Positions 5,700 through 6,520 of a stretch of 6,520 nucleotides of DNA are shown piece after piece. The notes under the pieces were generated by a model. That model ran no database searches, was not told the DNA's origin, and saw nothing but the letters and a program-made list of their open reading frames with translations. Made by a program: the position numbers and the translations under genes. The number at the start of each line of letters is the position of its first letter. The stretch's first letter is position 1. Origin of the DNA: Candidatus Caldarchaeales archaeon (GTDB taxonomy: Archaea > Thermoproteota > Nitrososphaeria_A > Caldarchaeales > Calditenuaceae); contig JAVVGN010000097.1 of the NCBI GenBank assembly GCA_032249095.1, forward strand, positions 1 to 6,520. The letters run 5' to 3'.

Positions 5700-6404
5700 A
5701 TGAACGGAGTCACAGGAGGCCCGGATGATTTTACGAGGGATACTCTGGAGCTCGTCGAGAGGATATGTGCTTCTCTGGGGGAGTCTCTTAGGGAGCCGCT
5801 CCTCAAGATTTCTGAGAAGCTGATCGGGCTCCATGAGCGCGGCCTAGTGAAGATCAACCATTCCGTGATGGAGGTCGTCTGCGCTGCACACCTCATCAGG
5901 CTTGGATACGTGGTTGACGTGGAGAGATATTTGGGGGACAATCTTGTATGCGATGTTTACGGTGAGAGGGCCGGTGGAGGACACATAGTCGAGATCGAGA
6001 CGGGCTTCGCTCCGCCGGAGAACGCTCTCGACCCGCAGAGGTATCTGATGGCGAGGGTGGTCAGCAAGGTGGCCCGCTACAGCAAATTCTCTGACAAATT
6101 CAGTCTAGCAACGCCGAGATACAACATCCTCGAGATACCCGAGCCCCTGATCAAGCCTCCTAGGAGTAGGACGTCGCAGGAGATAAGGTTGCTAAAATCC
6201 ATGTGCGATATCTACTACAAGCGCCCACCAATACAGGAGGAGGAGATCCGCAACTCCAGAATACACTCAGTAATCATTCTGAGCATAGACGACCTATCCA
6301 TGGTCGAGGTCCCGCCCGAAATCTATTACGAGAAGATACTAAAGCAGGTCTTCGCATGGAATTCACCTTCAAGCCCATGCTTCTGGTCTCGGGTATCCGT
6401 ATAG
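5700..6404 (+). CDS. Uncharacterised protein with a PD-(D/E)xK (Hjc/RecB-like) nuclease-type motif pattern
   Basis: 234-aa ORF with codon style like its neighbours. The core is E58 in a helix (MEVVCAAHLIRLGY), then VCD85VYGE, then GGHIVE98IE100TG. That gives E...D-x12-E-x-E in the helix-strand-strand layout of restriction-endonuclease-fold proteins, but the canonical Lys of (D/E)xK is Glu. The last 7 codons and the stop lie inside repeat copy B. Confidence 0.75.
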   Translation: MNGVTGGPDDFTRDTLELVERICASLGESLREPLLKISEKLIGLHERGLVKINHSVMEVVCAAHLIRLGYVVDVERYLGDNLVCDVYGERAGGGHIVEIETGFAPPENALDPQRYLMARVVSKVARYSKFSDKFSLATPRYNILEIPEPLIKPPRSRTSQEIRLLKSMCDIYYKRPPIQEEEIRNSRIHSVIILSIDDLSMVEVPPEIYYEKILKQVFAWNSPSSPCFWSRVSV

Positions 6405-6480
6405 TGTTGTTTGTCCTTTTCCCCTGAATATTACCTCGTTTCCCCATAAGTCCGACCGTATTGGGATGTTTTACGTGTTT
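6382..6480 (+). repeat. Copy B of the ~98-bp repeat (inverted relative to copy A at 3293-3390)
   Basis: See copy A. The sequence downstream of copy B (6481-6520, pyrimidine-rich) does not resemble the ORF that follows copy A. Confidence 0.85.
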
Positions 6481-6520
6481 TAGTTTAGGTCTCTCCTTCC
6501 TTATTCCTATCTCTTTCTCT

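Noticed and set aside
5136-6427. ORFs 5136..5321(-), 5538..5834(-), 5600..5941(-) and 6203..6427(+)
   Set aside because: They overlap rps2 or ORF 5700..6404 in antisense or alternative frames. None has motifs, and the overlapped genes are better supported.
6277-6520. Minus-strand reading frame open from the right window edge across repeat copy B (81 codons), and a second frame ending in a stop at 6485-6487 (..RERDRNKEGET*)
   Set aside because: The first frame overlaps the better-supported ORF 5700..6404 by ~128 nt, and an indel shifts the equivalent frame in repeat copy A. The second contributes only 12 codons inside the window. A convergent gene ending near 6485 is possible but cannot be supported from this window.
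1-6520. CRISPR arrays, rRNA, tRNA and known defence-system genes
   Set aside because: No regularly spaced direct repeats are present. No cloverleaf-compatible or rRNA-like segments were recognised. None of the proteins shows hallmark defence-system motifs.

Overview
The window looks like archaeal chromosomal DNA, probably from a thermophilic Crenarchaeota/TACK-type organism. Supporting signs are AGG/ATA-rich purine-loaded coding strands, leaderless first cistrons, and GGTGAT-type Shine-Dalgarno sites before internal cistrons. There are three blocks. (1) Positions 223-2303 hold a multi-OB-fold RPA-like ssDNA-binding protein convergent with, and overlapping by 31 nt, a single-domain KaiC/RadA-paralog ATPase. 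(2) Positions ~2380-3536 form a lower-GC island without a clean gene. It contains a 138-nt region of four nested, almost perfectly Watson-Crick helices (candidate structured RNA, 2452-2589). Next to it are minus-strand ORFs that look like remnants of one decayed gene (in-frame stop plus frameshift), followed by a ~98-bp repeat. (3) Positions 3537-6404 hold a fragment of the archaeal ribosomal/RNAP superoperon (rpoN-eno-rps2, tightly coupled), then an uncharacterised 234-aa ORF with a PD-(D/E)xK (Hjc/RecB-like) nuclease-type motif pattern. A second, inverted copy of the ~98-bp repeat starts inside the last codons of that ORF, so the two copies bracket the rpoN-eno-rps2-ORF block. I recognise no known defence system, CRISPR array, tRNA or rRNA. 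The best candidates for something undescribed are the structured-RNA/decayed-ORF/repeat island and the nuclease-like ORF. All functional calls are from motif recognition by eye, with no searches run.
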